A stretch of DNA of 64,000 bases from Candidatus Poribacteria bacterium (lineage in GTDB: Bacteria; Poribacteria; WGA-4E; PCPOR2b): contig OZ244587.1 of the NCBI GenBank assembly GCA_965218095.1, positions 352,001 through 416,000 on the forward strand. The letters are read 5' to 3'. How positions within the stretch are numbered: the first letter of the stretch is position 1; each line of letters begins with the position of its first letter. Below the pieces are notes generated by a model. That model saw only the letters and a program-made list of their open reading frames with translations. It searched no databases and had not been told where the DNA came from. Shown here piece after piece: positions 8,610 to 19,677 of this stretch. A program made the translations under genes and the position numbers.

Positions 8610-11063
8610 ATGAAAATCCAACGCGATCTCACAACGATTCTCTATATTCTCGCATCAGGAATGTACCTCATCATCGGGGCGCGGAGCTTCGCAAGAGCAC
8701 CGGATACGCCTGAGACCAGCTACTTCTACCTGCTCGGCCTGATCACATGGGTACTTGCGACACTTGTATGGATGCAACAGCCGGAAAACCGTGCGGTGCG
8801 AATCTCCTACCTGATGAGTATCGGATTTCTAAGCATCTGCTCGGTTGACGCAACCTTCTCGATCTATGAGGGGACGTTGAGCAGTCGAATTGTGCCGATT
8901 GCCCAGTTTTTAGCGGCGACGATCTTGCCCTGCCTTTTTCTGCACTGCTTTCTCATCTTTCCCGCAGAGAAAAAAAACGTTCAGCGTCATGCGTGGCTGT
9001 TGAGAGTGGTCTACGTTCCGGGGATTGCTCTGTGCCTCGCAATGTTCTTCTATTATCTGCGTGGAAATGACTACTCACGTGACTTCTTCCTGGTGCAATT
9101 ACCACCGCTGGAAGGTATCACCAGCGGCTTCCTCTTTTCCTATTCGCTGGCGGGTCAATTGCTTCTTTTGCACACCTGCTTTGATGCACCCTCCGCTTCC
9201 CAACGCCGTCAGGCACGATGGATGCTGCTTGGCATTGCTGCGGGGACGCTCCCACAAGCTATCTTCACGACGATTCCGAAGGTTTCGGAAGTTTCTATTC
9301 CCTATTTCCGTGTCTCCGCTTACACACTATGCCTCATCCCGATCTGCTACGTTGTGGCAATCATCCGGCACCGGTTGATGAATATCGAATTGATCATCAA
9401 TCGCAGTGTTGTATATACCCTTGTCAGTGGATTTGCGCTGGTGATGTACCTGTTGAGCATACTGGGACTTACGAGGCTTTTCCACACAGCGCCGCGTTCA
9501 TGGGCAGTGACGGCTGTATCCGTCCTCATTGCCGCGGTCCTCTTTGCGCCTGCCAAGACGCGCATTCAGAATTTGATTAATCGAGCGTTTGATCGTGAAG
9601 CATATAATTATCGCCAAACACTTTTAGCGCTGAGTCAAACGCTCCACTCGATTCTCGACCTAGAAATACTGGTTGACACCTTGCTCCGTCAGGTGACCGG
9701 GTCAATGCACATCAGTCGAGGCGTTGTGATGCAGCGCGTATCAGGCAGTGGGTCAAAGTTTGTTCCAGAGGCAACTGTTGAGATCGATTCCCTACCCGAT
9801 GGGTTGCAGTTGACGCTATCCCCATCGCTGCTAGATCTGTTGAAAAAGACGGAGAAGCCACTCGATTTCTCAGATCAGCCACTTGAAGAGAACAACGTTC
9901 AAGTACTCGAAGGCAGTGGACAACCACATCAGCTTGCCTCCACAGGTTTTGCAGATTCAGAACAGGTTGACGATTTCATCACCTTTCTCCAATCTGCGGT
10001 ATGGATTCCGTTTGTGACGCGAACGAAGGAACAGGAGAATCTGGTAGGGCTACTTGTGCTTGGGCAAAAGCTGTCGGATGAGCCGTACACCCAAACAGAC
10101 CTCGCACTGCTTGGCACGCTTGCGCATCAGGGGGCAACTGCGGTCGAAAATGCGACGCTTTATGCCCAGTTGAGCACACGGACGAAGGTAATGGAGATAG
10201 CACGCAAGCAATTGATGGCGACCTATTTGGACACCTACGGTGGTACAATGCCGAAGACAACAAGTCAAGCGAATCGCCATCCCCAATCGCAGATCGGGGG
10301 TGGCGATTCGGTTTCAGATTTTAACAATATTGCGACTGCCCTCAAGGAGAGCCATGATCGGCTCAGACAGTTGGACACCCTCAAATCTCAGTTTCTGGAT
10401 AACGTATCCCACGAGCTGCGAACGCCATTGACGCATATCAAAGGATTTGTGGATAACCTGATTGACGGTGTTGGTGGGGAGCTTTCAGAAAAACAGGGGA
10501 GATACCTCCTGCGCGTGATGGATAATTGCGATCGGCTCATTCGGTTGATCAATAATCTCTTGGACCTTTCACGGATCGAGTCCGGCAAGATTTCACTGCA
10601 GCTTGAGCCAACACGATTGTACCCGATTCTTGAGGCGGCAATTGTGGGCATTCAGCCGATGGCGGACGGAAAACAGATTCAAGTCAATTTGGATTGTCAT
10701 CCGGACGCAATCGCCCTGATGGATGCTGACAAGATGGGGCAGATTATGACAAATCTGCTCGATAACGCCGTCAAGTATACCGAAAACGGTGGACGTATCA
10801 GCGTCAGTGAAACTACCCTATCGGATTGGGAGCTTCAAATCTGTGTTGAAGACACGGGCATCGGTATTGCCCAGGCGGAACTCGATTTGATTTTTGATCG
10901 CTTTCATCGAGTCACAGACTCCAAAAGCAGCGAAATCGGCGGCATCGGCTTAGGGCTACCGATAGTGAAAAACCTCGTCGAACTCCACGGCGGCAGCGTA
11001 TGGGCAGAGAGCGAACTTGGCAAGGGAAGTCGCTTCTATATTACCTTAAAGCGTGAGAAGTGA
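8610..11063 (+). CDS. Multi-TM sensor histidine kinase with GAF-like region
   Basis: About 10 hydrophobic segments, then SHELRTPL (H box), NLLDNAVKYT (N), DTGIGI (G1), GIGLGL (G2). Confidence 0.95.
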   Translation: MKIQRDLTTILYILASGMYLIIGARSFARAPDTPETSYFYLLGLITWVLATLVWMQQPENRAVRISYLMSIGFLSICSVDATFSIYEGTLSSRIVPIAQFLAATILPCLFLHCFLIFPAEKKNVQRHAWLLRVVYVPGIALCLAMFFYYLRGNDYSRDFFLVQLPPLEGITSGFLFSYSLAGQLLLLHTCFDAPSASQRRQARWMLLGIAAGTLPQAIFTTIPKVSEVSIPYFRVSAYTLCLIPICYVVAIIRHRLMNIELIINRSVVYTLVSGFALVMYLLSILGLTRLFHTAPRSWAVTAVSVLIAAVLFAPAKTRIQNLINRAFDREAYNYRQTLLALSQTLHSILDLEILVDTLLRQVTGSMHISRGVVMQRVSGSGSKFVPEATVEIDSLPDGLQLTLSPSLLDLLKKTEKPLDFSDQPLEENNVQVLEGSGQPHQLASTGFADSEQVDDFITFLQSAVWIPFVTRTKEQENLVGLLVLGQKLSDEPYTQTDLALLGTLAHQGATAVENATLYAQLSTRTKVMEIARKQLMATYLDTYGGTMPKTTSQANRHPQSQIGGGDSVSDFNNIATALKESHDRLRQLDTLKSQFLDNVSHELRTPLTHIKGFVDNLIDGVGGELSEKQGRYLLRVMDNCDRLIRLINNLLDLSRIESGKISLQLEPTRLYPILEAAIVGIQPMADGKQIQVNLDCHPDAIALMDADKMGQIMTNLLDNAVKYTENGGRISVSETTLSDWELQICVEDTGIGIAQAELDLIFDRFHRVTDSKSSEIGGIGLGLPIVKNLVELHGGSVWAESELGKGSRFYITLKREK

Positions 11064-11236
11064 TGGGTGAAGCGTAAAGGGATTGATTCGTTTATTCGCA
11101 GATTGCCAGTGTCAACCTAACCTTCGGAAGGTTTGTCGCTCGATTTAACTCATCTGTAGAAGGGCAACCCACACAGCCACTGCAACGAGAATTAGAAATG
11201 GAACCTCACGAAGGTTGACCCGGTAAGAAGACAGCT

Positions 11237-11578
11237 ATGAATCTATTCGTTTACGGCACGCTAAAAGATCGGGAATTCATCCAATCGCTGCTGAAGCGCA
11301 CATTCGGCGAGCCGGTGGAGGCGATAATGCCCGGATTCACAACTGTTATCTCTAAATGGGGATACTCTGTGATGGCCCCCGATGAAAATTCGAGCGTCGA
11401 AGGAATCGTTTGGCAGGGACTAACGGCTCAAGATTTTACGGTTTTGGATAGGTACGAAGGCTGTGATGTTGAGACACCTGTATATCAGCGGGAGAAACGG
11501 ACAGTCATTATTGAGGGCAAAGCGGAAGAGGTGTGGGCGTATTTTGGCACCTCGGTGTTTTTAATGCAGATTCGTTAA
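11237..11578 (+). CDS. Gamma-glutamylcyclotransferase family protein
   Basis: LFVYGTL and LDRYEG motifs. Confidence 0.9.
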   Translation: MNLFVYGTLKDREFIQSLLKRTFGEPVEAIMPGFTTVISKWGYSVMAPDENSSVEGIVWQGLTAQDFTVLDRYEGCDVETPVYQREKRTVIIEGKAEEVWAYFGTSVFLMQIR

Positions 11579-11599
11579 GTTCAATTAGAAGGGGAAACG

Positions 11600-12667
11600 A
11601 TGAACCAAACATCCATTGAACTACTTATAGAACTCACCCAAGCCGACGCCGTACCTGGACATGAAGCGGAGGTGAGGCAAATCTTCCAATCACACTTGGA
11701 AGGGATTGGCATAATCCAAAAGGATCGGTTGGGAAGCATCTTTTGCACAAAGCAGGGGCGAACTGACAAACCTCGCATCCTGCTCGATTCACACATTGAT
11801 GAAGTCGGATTTATCGCCCAGAGGGTAACGGGGGCGGGATATGTTAAATTTCTCACGGTCGGGGGATGGTGGGCGCACACACTGCTTGCGCAACGAGTGA
11901 ATATTTTGACGAAACAGGGAAAAGTCCCCGGCGTCATTGGATCTACGCCGCCTCATCTTTTAGACGGTGGTTCTCGTGAGAAGGTGATGGAGATTAAGGA
12001 CCTATACATTGACATCGGGGCGGAAAGTGATGCGCAGGCAGTAGAGGAGTACGGCGTGCAGCCCGGTTGCCCAATCGTTCCTTACGGACCGTTCATGCCG
12101 CTGAAAAACCCCAGGCTGTTTTCTGCGAAAGCATTTGATAACCGCGTTGGCGTGGGGTTAGTTATCGAAATCCTCCAGCAACTCGGCGAGCACCCAAACA
12201 CGGTTATCGGCACCGGAAGTGTGCAGGAAGAGGTCGGGCTACGCGGTGCACGAACAGTTACCGCCGCAGTGGAACCGGATGTGGCAATCGTGCTGGAGGG
12301 ACCGCCCGCAGACGATTTGCCGGGTGCTAGCAGTGATGCCTTGCAGGGAAAGCTGGGCGGCGGTGTGCAGATTCGGTTGTATGACCCCTCAATGATTGCC
12401 AATCCACGTTTGTGCGAGCTTGCGATTGAAACTGCAACCGCGCACCAGATTTCTCATCAGATTGCCGTGCGTACTTCCGGCGGGACGGACGCCGGGGCAA
12501 TCCACCAAGTCGGGCGTGGCGTACCGTCAATTGTGCTAGGAGTGCCAGCCCGTTATGTCCACAGCCATGTGTCCATCATCAATATCGACGATTACCGGGC
12601 GGCACTAGACCTGCTGCTGCATCTCATTCCGCAACTCGATTCATCCACAGTAGATCATCTTGTGTAA
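11600..12667 (+). CDS. M42-family aminopeptidase
   Basis: SHIDEVG, KAFDNR, QEEVGLRGA, GGTDAG, RYVHS. Confidence 0.95.
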   Translation: MNQTSIELLIELTQADAVPGHEAEVRQIFQSHLEGIGIIQKDRLGSIFCTKQGRTDKPRILLDSHIDEVGFIAQRVTGAGYVKFLTVGGWWAHTLLAQRVNILTKQGKVPGVIGSTPPHLLDGGSREKVMEIKDLYIDIGAESDAQAVEEYGVQPGCPIVPYGPFMPLKNPRLFSAKAFDNRVGVGLVIEILQQLGEHPNTVIGTGSVQEEVGLRGARTVTAAVEPDVAIVLEGPPADDLPGASSDALQGKLGGGVQIRLYDPSMIANPRLCELAIETATAHQISHQIAVRTSGGTDAGAIHQVGRGVPSIVLGVPARYVHSHVSIINIDDYRAALDLLLHLIPQLDSSTVDHLV

Positions 12668-12723
12668 CCCTTGGCAATCAGGAACGCTCTGCCTTTCAAC
12701 CCCCTGTTTTATAGATAGATATG

Positions 12724-12869
12724 GTGAAACCCAACATCTCAATCTACCAACGTGCTGATAATCAAGAGTTGGGTTTCACTCGATTTGTGAAATTTCAAGC
12801 AGAATCGTACCCCCAAATCCCAGTGGAATGCTTGGTATTTTTCATTGGTTCCGTTCAACCCAACCTACG
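12724..12869. repeat. REP-like composite repeat (second copy at about 15380-15524)
   Basis: GTGAAACCCAAC...TGATAATCAAGAGTTGGGTTTCACT...TTCCGTTCAACCCAACCTACG is shared by both copies. Confidence 0.8.
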
Positions 12870-12884
12870 GGCTATAGATGGGTA

Positions 12885-14912
12885 CTACTTGACAATCAGC
12901 ATCTTCCGCGTGGCAGAAAAATCCCCCGCTGTCAGCGTGTAAAAGTACACACCGCTTGCCACCCGCTCTCCGAACTCGTTACGACCATCCCAATAGACCG
13001 CCTTTGACCGGCTCTCGTAGACTGCTACCATCCGATGCCCTACGTCGAGCGTGCGGACGATCCGACCACTCCCGTCATAGATAGTCAACGCCACGAAAGC
13101 ATCCGCCGCCAACCGATACGGTATCCAAGTCTCTGGATTGAACGGATTCGGATAGTTGGGCAACAGTTGGGCCTCTGCGGGTATCTCGTAGATCACCAGT
13201 GCCGGCGACTGAATCCGGCTTTGCTCCACATCTTCAGCCGTTACAGTATATCGCAGCGGCTGCACACCGATGGACGCATCTAGAGATTGTGCCGAGATTT
13301 CAAGGATATCCCCAATCTGCGCCGCCTGCCCCGTTTCTATGTCAACGATAGTGAGCCGATAACCCGCCTCATCATCTGCTGTAACAACGGCAACTTCTCT
13401 ACCTGTTGAAAGATTCTTGACAATGACACGGACTCCCACTTGGTTGACGCCCGTCCCTTCATCAACAATCGAACCGGTCAACGCCAAAACGGGAGTTGCA
13501 GTCCCGCCTTTGATGCCCGTGATTGCTATCTACGGGGCAGTAGCTGTTTCTGAGACGTTAGTCCACCCATTTCCGGAGATGGGGACCGTTGCCCCCTCCA
13601 CAGCGATTAGGAAGAAGCCTTGCCCACCTGTGACCGGGATATCCCCCTCATCACCTGCCCGTCCGACCGCCTTGAATGTCGCATTATCCGAAACGACAAT
13701 CACGGGGACGTTGTCCGCAATCCCTTCGAGCCCAAACAGGTCGCTCACGCGGGTTATCCTCGAATCCCACAGTGGCAGCCCCACGAGATTCGCGCCTTGA
13801 TGCAAGGTGATGACAGCCATCCCGTCCGCGCCAAGCGCATCACCACCTAGCCGAATGGAGACCGGGGCTTTCATACCAGGGATAATCCCTTTGTCGTCAG
13901 TCAATGCCTTGTCGGCGGACGTGCCTTTGTCCAAGGGTCCGAAATAGCCGAACCACTCTTGAGTTGCGGGGTCATAAGTGATGAGGAAGTTGACGGTGTC
14001 TGCGCCACCGAGTGCGTCGTAGAGGTCGGCAACCGATTCGATTGCCCCCATCATTCCGTCAACGGCTCTCACCTTCAGTGGGATGTGAATCAAGCTGATA
14101 CCTGATGGCAGGGAGAGGTCAAATTCGAGAATTTCGGCGATGGCGTTAAAGGTCACCGTTTCAGTGATTCCTTCGACGCTGACCTCGACAATATTCGTGC
14201 CGGGGTCGCTTCCAAGCGTAAGCCGACTCTCTGCCCTGCCATCGGCATCGGTCGTGGCGATGGCAGGGCTCGACTGTCCCGCCGCCTGCGGTGACGGTAA
14301 ACGTGACTGGCACCCCCTCAAAGGCTGAACCGTCCTCATCCCGCACCTCTACAACAAACAGTTGCGCCAGTGCCACACCGACGGTGCCATTTTGGTTATC
14401 CCCTGAGATTTTCGACGGTGTTGTAGGTGTTCGGTTGTCAAAGGAGACCTCAACTCCTCTGCTCTGTAGAGTCGGGATGTGTGTGTAAATGGATGGATAG
14501 TTCAGTAGGTTGCCCTTCACATTAACCACATTCTTTTCTCCCAATTCCGTATTTGCCACAAGGGGTGAGAGTTCTGATACCGAGTTGCCCTGAAGATCCA
14601 GAAATTGTAGGCTGGTTAAGCCCCCCAGAGGCTAAGATCGGATATCGAGTTATTCCAAAGAAACAGGTACGTCAGGTTGGTTGCATATTCAAGCCCGGTT
14701 AGTACGCTGATGCTAGCGTCTATTGCTCTAAAGAACGTCAACGTCTCCATTTCCACTGCGGTGATTGGAGGCCCTGACGCTTTGCCGAGAGTGGTTTCAA
14801 TCGCAGCGCGAAGGTTGGAGTCGGGGATATCCACCGTTTGCGCGGTTACCATCACCGGAATTGAGAGGCAAACCAATAGAAATAGAGTGAAGCGAAAAGG
14901 TTGTTTTTTCAT
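12885..14912 (-). pseudogene. Secreted internalin-type LRR + Ig-like protein with PNPFN C-terminal domain, frameshifted
   Basis: Four consecutive ORF pieces: signal peptide + IPDSNLRAAI LRR cap; ISGDNQ Ig-like; middle domain; NYPNPFNPETWIPY...GVYFYTL. Three frameshifts, near 14625, 14270 and 13520. Confidence 0.88.
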
Positions 14913-14959
14913 ATATCTCCTCTGTTGTTAAAAATGTGATTTGAAATATGTTCTGAATC

Positions 14960-15524
14960 GAGCAGGTTGGGTTGAAATGTCAACAGTTCGTAGGTTGGGC
15001 GTCCTAGCCCAACCGATATGAATTGTCACGAGGTCGGGCGAGGACGCCCGACCTACGGGTATTGGTCTCAGTTGTAGGTTGGGTTGAACGGTTAAAGGCG
15101 AATTGCTATCAATGCCAATGGAGGTTGCGTTTTTTAACAACACGGTTTTATAGATATAGGACTTACGCACTTCAGTAGGGAACACCCCGATAAGATCGGG
15201 ACAGGCCGATCGTTGTTCCCTACGAACTCCTTGATGGAGCTCCTGCTGTAGTTGCCCGATTCATCGGGCGTCAGGTTGCTTTGAATCCCGATCTTATCGG
15301 GGAGTTGTGTTCTGCGGCGATGAATCGCCGAACTACGAGGCGTTGAGCGTTCAATTGCGTAAGTCCTAAGATAGCTAGAGTGAAACCCAACGCTCCCTCC
15401 AACAAACGGGTTGATAATCAAGAGTTGGGTTTCACTGTATTTTTGATCTTTGAATCAGAGCCGTTCTTCGCAATCGTAGTGTAATGGTAGTTATTTTTTC
15501 TTGTTTCCGTTCAACCCAACCTAC
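14960..15524. repeat. Cluster of REP/BIME-like GTAG-capped palindromes
   Basis: GTAGGTTGGGCGTCCTAGCCCAACC; GGTCGGGCGAGGACGCCCGACCTAC; GTAGGGAAC...GTTCCCTAC; GTAGTTGCCCGATTCATCGGGCG; CGGCGATGAATCGCCGAACTAC. Confidence 0.8.
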
Positions 15525-15568
15525 GTGCTCAGTTCACGTTTCACGTTTCATTTTTATAGTTTGAACAC

Positions 15569-15606
15569 AAAAAAAGCAGGACATCCAATCAATTTGGATG
15601 TCCTGC
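15569..15606 (-). terminator. Rho-independent terminator
   Basis: 13-bp stem GCAGGACATCCAA/TTGGATGTCCTGC followed by a T7 run on the minus strand. Confidence 0.85.
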
Positions 15607-15642
15607 CTCAAACCGATTTTCCATCGTTGCCCGCAAGACAGA

Positions 15643-17759
15643 CTACTTGGCAATCAACATTCTGCGTGTGGCGCTGAAGTCGCCAGCGGTGAGTGTGTAG
15701 AAATAGATGCCACTCGCGACCGACTCACCGAACGCATTTTTGCCGTCCCAATAGGCTGCTCGCGCACGGTTCAGATAACTGCCCACAGGTTGATGCCCTT
15801 ACGCCAAGGTCCGAACCGGCTGCCCATTTGTCGCGTAGATGGTCAACGTCACATCGGCAGGTTTAGCGAGCCGATACGGAATCCAAGTTTCTGGGTTAAA
15901 CGGATTTGGGTAATTCGCCAACAGCACTGTCTTTTCCGGCAGCCGTTCCACCAAGCCTTCTTTAATTAACTGCTCTTCAAACAATTGAATGGCACGCTGG
16001 AAGTCCGGATCCGCGATGTTGAGTGCCTTGATGCGCTCAAAGTGAAGTGCGAGCGAGGCGGCAGGTGCACCGGGGGTCCCACTTGATTCTACCTGCGCCT
16101 GAACCAGTTGGAAGTCGTCGGTGTCAATATCACCATCTCCATCGACATCATAACGCTCAAGATCGCCTTCAGGCGTTTCCCCAAAATTCATGGCAACCGC
16201 ACTTAGATCATCGTTATCAACATCGCCATCTTCATCGACATCCTCGGGCAAATATGACGAATCACCACCGTCGTTGTTGTCTCCATCACCTGGTGGGTCC
16301 TCCTGATTAGGCACCACCGTATAACTCGTCAGGTGCGGAATTTCCGTGCTAGAGGACGTGTCTCAATTTGATGTGGAGCTATTAACCAATGGTGCTAGTT
16401 TGGAATTTGGTGGAAGTCAATGGGCATAACAGAACACCCTGGCTTCGCTTTGGTCCTCGCTGGATTGAGGTCATGAGACGATTTCCTCGATTCTACCGTT
16501 AATCTAAGTGTTAGACAATTCTTGATTAACGGGAGGAAATCCAGACTCATGCCCCTTATAGATTTTATCACACAATTGTTCTGTTGTGTAGATGATAAAC
16601 TCACACAACACCAGAAAAACCAAAAGCATACCCAAGCTAATCTCTATCCCTCTGAAGTGGTAACCCTCGCCTTACTTTTTGCACTCAAAGGCGTTGGCAA
16701 CCGAGCCTTCTACCGCTGGATAGAAAACAATTACAAACCCTGGTTCCCCAATTTACCCGAGCGAACCCGCTTGTTTCGCTTGTTCAACAATCATCAACAT
16801 CTGACTGATATTTTCATGGCAAATCCTTCACTCATCGGCGTGATTGACACTTATGGTATCGAACTGATTCACCCCCGCCGAGAATGTCGTTCTGAGCAGC
16901 AAATGGGCCGGAAAGGGATATCCAACCAACGCTGGATTGTGGGGGGGAAGCTTTGTCTGCTGCTCAATCATCTTGGACTAATTGTCGACTGGGATTGTGA
17001 TACTGCCAATGTGCACGACGGTAGTCGCTTCCAACATCTTGTTGATGGGGTCTGTGACCAGATGGTTGTTTTGCCGATGAAGGGTTTGCCAAGGTCGATT
17101 GGTTTCCTTCCAACTTGCGTCTGTGCCGACGAGGGGAATGGAATTGTCGGATGCTGGTAGAAACTGTTTTGTCGATGTTGACGGTGGTGTACCACTTTAA
17201 GAAAGTGATGCATCGTTGTTGGGCCTATTTCAAAACACGCCTCGCTTTCACGATGGCGTTGTTTAATCTCTTGGTGCAGTGGAATGGCTTTGAGGCTGAC
17301 GCAGATGGGTTTATGCCTTTATCGATTGCTCAATTTAGTCTCTAACTAGCACCAAAGGTTATTAACGTTCACGTTAAAGGTTACAGTGGAGTTGCCGTGA
17401 TTGACGACTAGAAACCCCACTTTGATCCCGAACTGCGAGGGATGTGTAATATTACTCGCAACACTCAACGTAAGTGACATCTCTCCGTCTGAATTAAAGT
17501 TCCTTCTGCGGGGAAATGTAACACTATTCGACGGATCCGGCCATTGATGTATTACGTTCTTCGGAGGGACGTAAGAAATACTGGCGGGAATCGAGAAATC
17601 GGGGTTAGGACTAACTCTAACAGTAAGCGTCTCACTACTACCGGGCGCGATGTCTATCGAAGTGGATGTGACTGCCGACAGCGTGTATCATTATGCTGTT
17701 GCCGGCATCAAAGCACAGATAAACAAAAACAGAATGAAACTAACGAGTTGCTTTTTCAT
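15643..17759 (-). pseudogene. Secreted dockerin/EF-hand-like protein with PNPFN C-terminal domain, interrupted by IS982
   Basis: MKKQLVSF signal peptide starts at 17759 with TAA-TGA just after it. The frame resumes across the IS. DVDEDGDVDNDDL / DVDGDGDIDTDDF repeats; frameshift near 15800. Confidence 0.85.
16385..17359 (+). mobile_element. IS982-family insertion sequence, transposase frameshifted
   Basis: TIRs ACCAATGGTGCTAGTT / AACTAGCACCAAAGGT; TATTA duplicated at 16380-16384 and 17360-17364. Transposase motifs LFCCVDD, SEVVTL, IDTYG, ANVHD; frameshift near 17070. Confidence 0.9.
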
Positions 17760-18029
17760 GGCTTTAACTCCTTATCTTTTAAGCTTAAGGGAATGCGTTC
17801 GCATTCTGCCAGGGGATTCGCTTCAGAAACAAATAAATCGTTGCATTTACTATTCTATCGAATTATAATAGTGTATACTAAAAGGAGGTTGGCAACTAAC
17901 GTTACAGCCAGAGGTGACTGGGCGGATACGGTGTTCTCAAACATTGCATTGCAACTACGATAGCATTTTTCTGTTCTGGTCAATAACATGTTGAACCAAC
18001 CCCTACCCATTCAGGGGTGCTCGCATCAG

Positions 18030-18353
18030 GCCTTATGAGCCACCCTCAGTTATATCAGGATGTGGGACGTTCATTACCTGAGAACACCCAGATTCCTGAT
18101 GCAAATAGTCCCTTGTGGCTAGAAACTGCGGTATCCACCGCATGAAATATCGAGAAGTTGCTCGAAAATTCACAGCCCTTGGTTGCCAAGAACGAAAGCG
18201 GAGAGACGGTGGTCGCGTCGGAAATGGTTTAATCCCAATACCCAACGAGGCACTGTTGTTCCAGATTGGGGTAGACATGACCTGAGATTGGTAACAGTTC
18301 GTGCTGCTGTTCGACAGTTGGGAATCGATTGGCAAAATTCCCAAGACGCTTAG
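18030..18353 (+). pseudogene. HicB C-terminal remnant plus frameshifted HicA toxin
   Basis: ...LYQDVGRSLPEN..DANSPLWLETAVSTA* overlaps (ATGA) MKYREVARKFTALGC...GG/RRKWFNP...TVVPDWG.HDL...TVRAAVRQLGIDW. A 1-nt deletion lies at the GSH-equivalent motif. Confidence 0.75.
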
Positions 18354-18357
18354 AATC

Positions 18358-18469
18358 ATCAAATCAGCCGTTTCAGTTGATGGCGGCGGATTTGGGTTTG
18401 TCGGACGCTTGTTAGTAAATCCGCGCTGTCCTGGTCTCACGTAGCAGACAACTGAACGTTTTCTTAGAT
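18358..18469 (+). repeat. Degenerate attC-like site
   Basis: ATCAAAT-5 nt-GTTTCAGTTG ... CAACTGAAC-5 nt-CTTAGAT. The L boxes are complementary with one extra base; inner IR GCGGATTT/AAATCCGC. Confidence 0.55.
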
Positions 18470-18480
18470 CGAGGGAAATT

Positions 18481-18840
18481 ATGCACACCCGGAAAATTCT
18501 GTTGGTCTTCGCAATCCTATTGGTTTCAATAGCGGTAGCGATCGACATACTCTCAATTAGCAAAAGAGGTATTCCCCAAGGTGAACCAGATGAGTCTGTG
18601 ATTACCTATAAGATTGCCTATGAAAGGACGAACTTTGGAATCTCTCAGGAGGTTGAAATGGAAATAAATGGAATTAACATCGAAGGTATAACCATCCTTG
18701 CTGTCACCGGAGCACTGGTTGGTATTTTCAGCACACTCTTTTGGATGTTTATCGTTTGGCGTGTACTTGAAAAGCTCTCAACGTCTGTCGACCGCCTGCT
18801 GCAACAGAAACTATCCGACGAGCAAGATCGAGAAACTTAA
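18481..18840 (+). CDS. Small hypothetical membrane protein (cassette-like; start may be downstream)
   Basis: Hydrophobic segments; stop codon lies within ACTTAAC; alternative AGGAGG-ATG start at 18658. Confidence 0.55.
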   Translation: MHTRKILLVFAILLVSIAVAIDILSISKRGIPQGEPDESVITYKIAYERTNFGISQEVEMEINGINIEGITILAVTGALVGIFSTLFWMFIVWRVLEKLSTSVDRLLQQKLSDEQDRET

Positions 18841-18960
18841 CAGGTCGGTGCGGTTCATGGGCATTGCGCTTTTACCGATGTTTCTAGGGTTGCGGTGGGT
18901 TTTGGTCTGTCCGACGGTCTTCGGCAAGCCTCCGCCTCAACGGAACTTTTTTCGTTAGCA
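18835..18960 (+). repeat. attC-like site
   Basis: ACTTAAC (RYYYAAC) ... AACGGAAC-TTTTTTC-GTTAGCA. Confidence 0.5.
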
Positions 18961-19036
18961 CGGGAAGAAACGAACGGTTAAAGGGAGAAGGACAACGCAG
19001 AAACCGAGGTAGGTGATTCAAGCAACAGAATAGCAG

Positions 19037-19327
19037 ATGAACATTCGATTTTACATTGACCCAGAAACGGGCTTGCCTCATATTTACAACCATGAGGTAG
19101 ATGAGGTTGAGGTCGAAGAAGTCTTACAAAATCCGGGTGAAGATCGAGCAGGTCGTGACGATTCACGGATTGCCATCGGTCAAACACAAACTGGATGCTA
19201 CCTACGGGTCATCTATGTTCCAGATCCGCAACCCGACAGCGTCTTTGTAATTACCGCTTATGAGTTGAAGGGTAAACTCTTAACAGCTTATCGGCGACGC
19301 CAGCGAAGGCGAGGAGGAAGAAAATGA
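19037..19327 (+). CDS. BrnT/DUF4258-like toxin
   Basis: HIYNHEV...EVEEVL, IAIGQT..G.YLRVIYV, FVITAY. Confidence 0.8.
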   Translation: MNIRFYIDPETGLPHIYNHEVDEVEVEEVLQNPGEDRAGRDDSRIAIGQTQTGCYLRVIYVPDPQPDSVFVITAYELKGKLLTAYRRRQRRRGGRK

Positions 19328-19542
19328 AGCACAGTAGATTCCCCCCGAATTGGGATGAAAAACGAGTTCAGAAAGTCATTGCCCACTATGAAGCACAAAC
19401 CGAAGATGAAGCTGTGGCTGAAGATGAAGCCGCATTTGGGGATTCATCGAAAACGGTTATAGAAATCCCGAAAGAGTTGATTCCTGTGGTTCGTGAGCTT
19501 ATTGCCAAGCATTTGGGCAACGAAATTGCCGAACCGAGTTAA
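19324..19542 (+). CDS. Cognate antitoxin-like small acidic protein
   Basis: ATGA overlap with the toxin gene; FPPNWDEKRV...HYEAQTEDEAVAEDEAA. Confidence 0.75.
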   Translation: MKHSRFPPNWDEKRVQKVIAHYEAQTEDEAVAEDEAAFGDSSKTVIEIPKELIPVVRELIAKHLGNEIAEPS

Positions 19543-19677
19543 TCGACTTGAGATCCTAACCAGCTCAACCGATGGCGGGATCTGCGGTTTTACGAATGTT
19601 TTGGAGTTGTGGCGGGTTTGGGTTTCGGCAAACTCTGCGGCAACTCATACCAATTTCATTTGAGGAGGTATTTAACC

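Noticed and set aside
14960-15524. CRISPR array
   Set aside because: The repeats are heterogeneous, inverted and irregularly spaced; no cas genes are present.
18033-18563. 176-aa minus-strand ORF
   Set aside because: Antisense to the hicBA remnant and the attC-like site.
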